From assembly GCF_009914755.1 (NCBI RefSeq), contig NC_060928.1: a stretch of DNA of 64,000 nt; one strand, given 5' to 3'. The notes beneath the pieces are model-generated. The model saw only the letters and a list, made by a program, of their open reading frames with translations. It made no database searches and had not been told where the DNA came from. Made by a program: the position numbers and the translations under genes. Shown here in pieces: positions 62,100 to 64,000 of this stretch. Origin of the DNA: the human T2T-CHM13v2.0 reference genome, Homo sapiens. Each line of letters starts with the position of its first letter. Within the stretch, counting starts at the first letter, position 1.

Positions 62100-62763
62100 T
62101 TAGGGAAGAATGTGTTAACTCAGCAGGCCAGGGTTTCTTCAACCCTGCACATTCAAAGGTAAGGTTTGTTTTTAGGACTAGCTAGCTTCTGAGTTCTGGA
62201 AACAGTCTTACCATGAAGAGTGTTTTTGTATATCTGAGGCCTTGGGTTTATGGTGAATGACTGACTTTATATGCCTGAGGCCCTGAGTCATGCTGTATTT
62301 ATCTGAACCATGTGGTATCAATTTAACCAGATACGTTTATTCTAAGATATGATTTATGCTGAAAGCCTGCTTTTGTTCTAGAGGGATCATGGAAAGGAAG
62401 CTGAATTTGCTGAGTTTTGCCACGTGGGCATTGCAAGCCTATGTGATTAACCACCAATAAAAACCTGGGACATCAAAAAATAAATAAGCTGCTTTAATTG
62501 CCAAGAATTCACATGTGGTTGTATGCAGCATTACTGGGAGATTGAAGTGTATCTGCATGTGATTCTACTGTGATGGACACTTGTAAATTTGTGCCTGGAG
62601 TCTCCTGGAATTTGCCCTGAGAATCTTTTTCCTTTGTTGATAAGAATCTGCATCCTTTTGTTTTAATAAACGATAAACATGAGTATAATTGCTTCTCTGA
62701 GTTCTGAGAGTTTTTTAAATAAACAATCAAAGCTGAAAAGCAATGGAGACCCCCACCAAAACA
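62100..62763 (+). mobile_element. Solo ERVL LTR, MER77/MER21-group-like
   Basis: GTTAACTCAGCAGGCC...AACCCTGCACATTC...GAGTGTTTTTGTATATCTGAGGCCTTGGG...CCAATAAAAACC...AATAAAC...CATGAGTATAATTGCTTCTCTGAGTTCTG...GAGACCCCC resembles the recalled MER77/MER21 consensus. Confidence 0.65.
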
Positions 62764-62849
62764 TCTTTACACATTTCAATTTTGTATTGAAGTAAATTTT
62801 ATTTTCTTTTTTATACCTCCCGTATATATTCTATTTTTCTCATTATTAT

Positions 62850-64000
62850 TTATTTATCCCAAATCTTTTATCTGTGATCATTTTCCTTTGTTTGAAATTT
62901 GTCTTTTGAGATTTCTTTAGAAGGTGCTTTTGGATGATAAATTTTCTGTTATTCTTTGTCTAAAATGTCATTATTTTGACTCATTTATAAAAGGAGTTTT
63001 TGTGTTTTATAAACCTCTAATGTACAGAAGTGTGTCTAAACTCATTGAGGATATTTTCCAAATTTTTTCCTGCTTTTTATTGCTGTTGATAAGAAATCAG
63101 TGTTGGTATTTTGACATTTAAGTTATGTGTCATTTTGTTGTGGTAGTTCTGAAGATCTTCCCTCTGTTTTATATTCTCCTTCACCTTTCATAAATGTACT
63201 TTATATTTATTTGGTAATAAATTTTGAACATATACTATGCTATAAAGATAATCTAGGCCCTTTGGTTACATCTCGTAAATAAAATCAACAAAATCTGTTT
63301 TGAGATTATATTGTAATATAAGATACCCAAAGTAAATAGGATATGTACCATATGTTTGAAGGTGGTAAATACGATGAGAAAAATAGATCAGGTCAGGAAG
63401 AATGAAGATGATTGAAGGTACAGGTTATGATAAAAACTTAGGTGTGCCGAGGAATGAATTCATCTTATGTATCTTGAGTGTAATGTCTTATTTCTCCTGA
63501 ATCTGAGAATTTGATGTCTTTCATTAGGTATGTCAGTGAATTTCACTAATGAATATCTTAGATTCCAGTTTAATATATGATAGTCATTTTCATTCTGTCT
63601 TTCATATCACTTAATCCTTTCTCTTTATTGTTCATTTTTATACATCTCTTAATAGTCACAGTGAATTTAACTATGTTTTACATTATGTGGTTATTATCAC
63701 TTTAGCTATCTCTAATATATTATGAATGTGTCAGTTGTGTGTTTACTATTGTTTGAATTAAACTTTTAAATCATTCATTTTAATTCTTACTTAATTCAAA
63801 CTTGTTTGTTATACATTCTTATAATTCCAGTATCTGGAGTCTTTCTTCATGTGATTCTTTTATCTCCCTGTTTTCCTCCTATATTCTTTTCATGCACCAT
63901 CTTTCTCTGTGTGTTTTGTTTTGTTTTACTGTCAATTCCTAACTAATGGAAGTATATTTATGCAAATAATTTTAGGATAGAATTGAAATAGGGTTCCCAA
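62850..64000 (-). mobile_element. Very old antisense L1 (L1ME-like) fragments
   Basis: T-rich strand with TTTGTCTAAAATGTCATTATTTTG and TTGCTGTTGATAAGAAATCAG, typical of antisense L1ME. Recognition is weak. Confidence 0.4.
63205..63430 (-). mobile_element. L2 3'-end fragment
   Basis: ATTTATTTGGTAATAAATTTTGAACATATACTATG...CTAGGCCCT...GGTGGTAAATACGATGAGAAAAATA has the pattern of antisense L2 ends. Confidence 0.45.

Overview
Primate (very likely human) genomic DNA with two sharply different domains. (1) 1-52,996 is the end of a GC/CpG-rich head-to-tail macrosatellite with a monomer of about 2.49 kb: 21 complete monomers plus a truncated 22nd, with one SstI/SacI site GAGCTC per monomer. It is best identified as the long SST1 (MER22) family. 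The hundreds of ORFs in the track are re-reads of this one monomer, not genes. Each monomer carries a compact CpG-island promoter-like cassette (YY1, GC box, NRF1, and a perfect 13-bp estrogen-response palindrome GGTCACAGTGACC), a 46-codon Arg-rich mini-ORF the track missed, a (TG)n/(CG) tract and a CT tract. The monomers form higher-order repeats: a 12,452-bp five-monomer duplication, then an A/B dimer including a near-exact 4,980-bp duplication. (2) 52,995-64,000 is an AT-rich flank. It holds a 5'-truncated MST-type MaLR LTR fused to the array end, two Alus with target-site duplications (TSDs), a SNORA70-intron-RPL10 chimeric retrocopy, old L1/L2 fragments and a MER77-like LTR. No intact protein-coding gene is supported. 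Repeat family names come from recalled consensus sequences, not from a database search. U1-U22 below denote the monomers in order.
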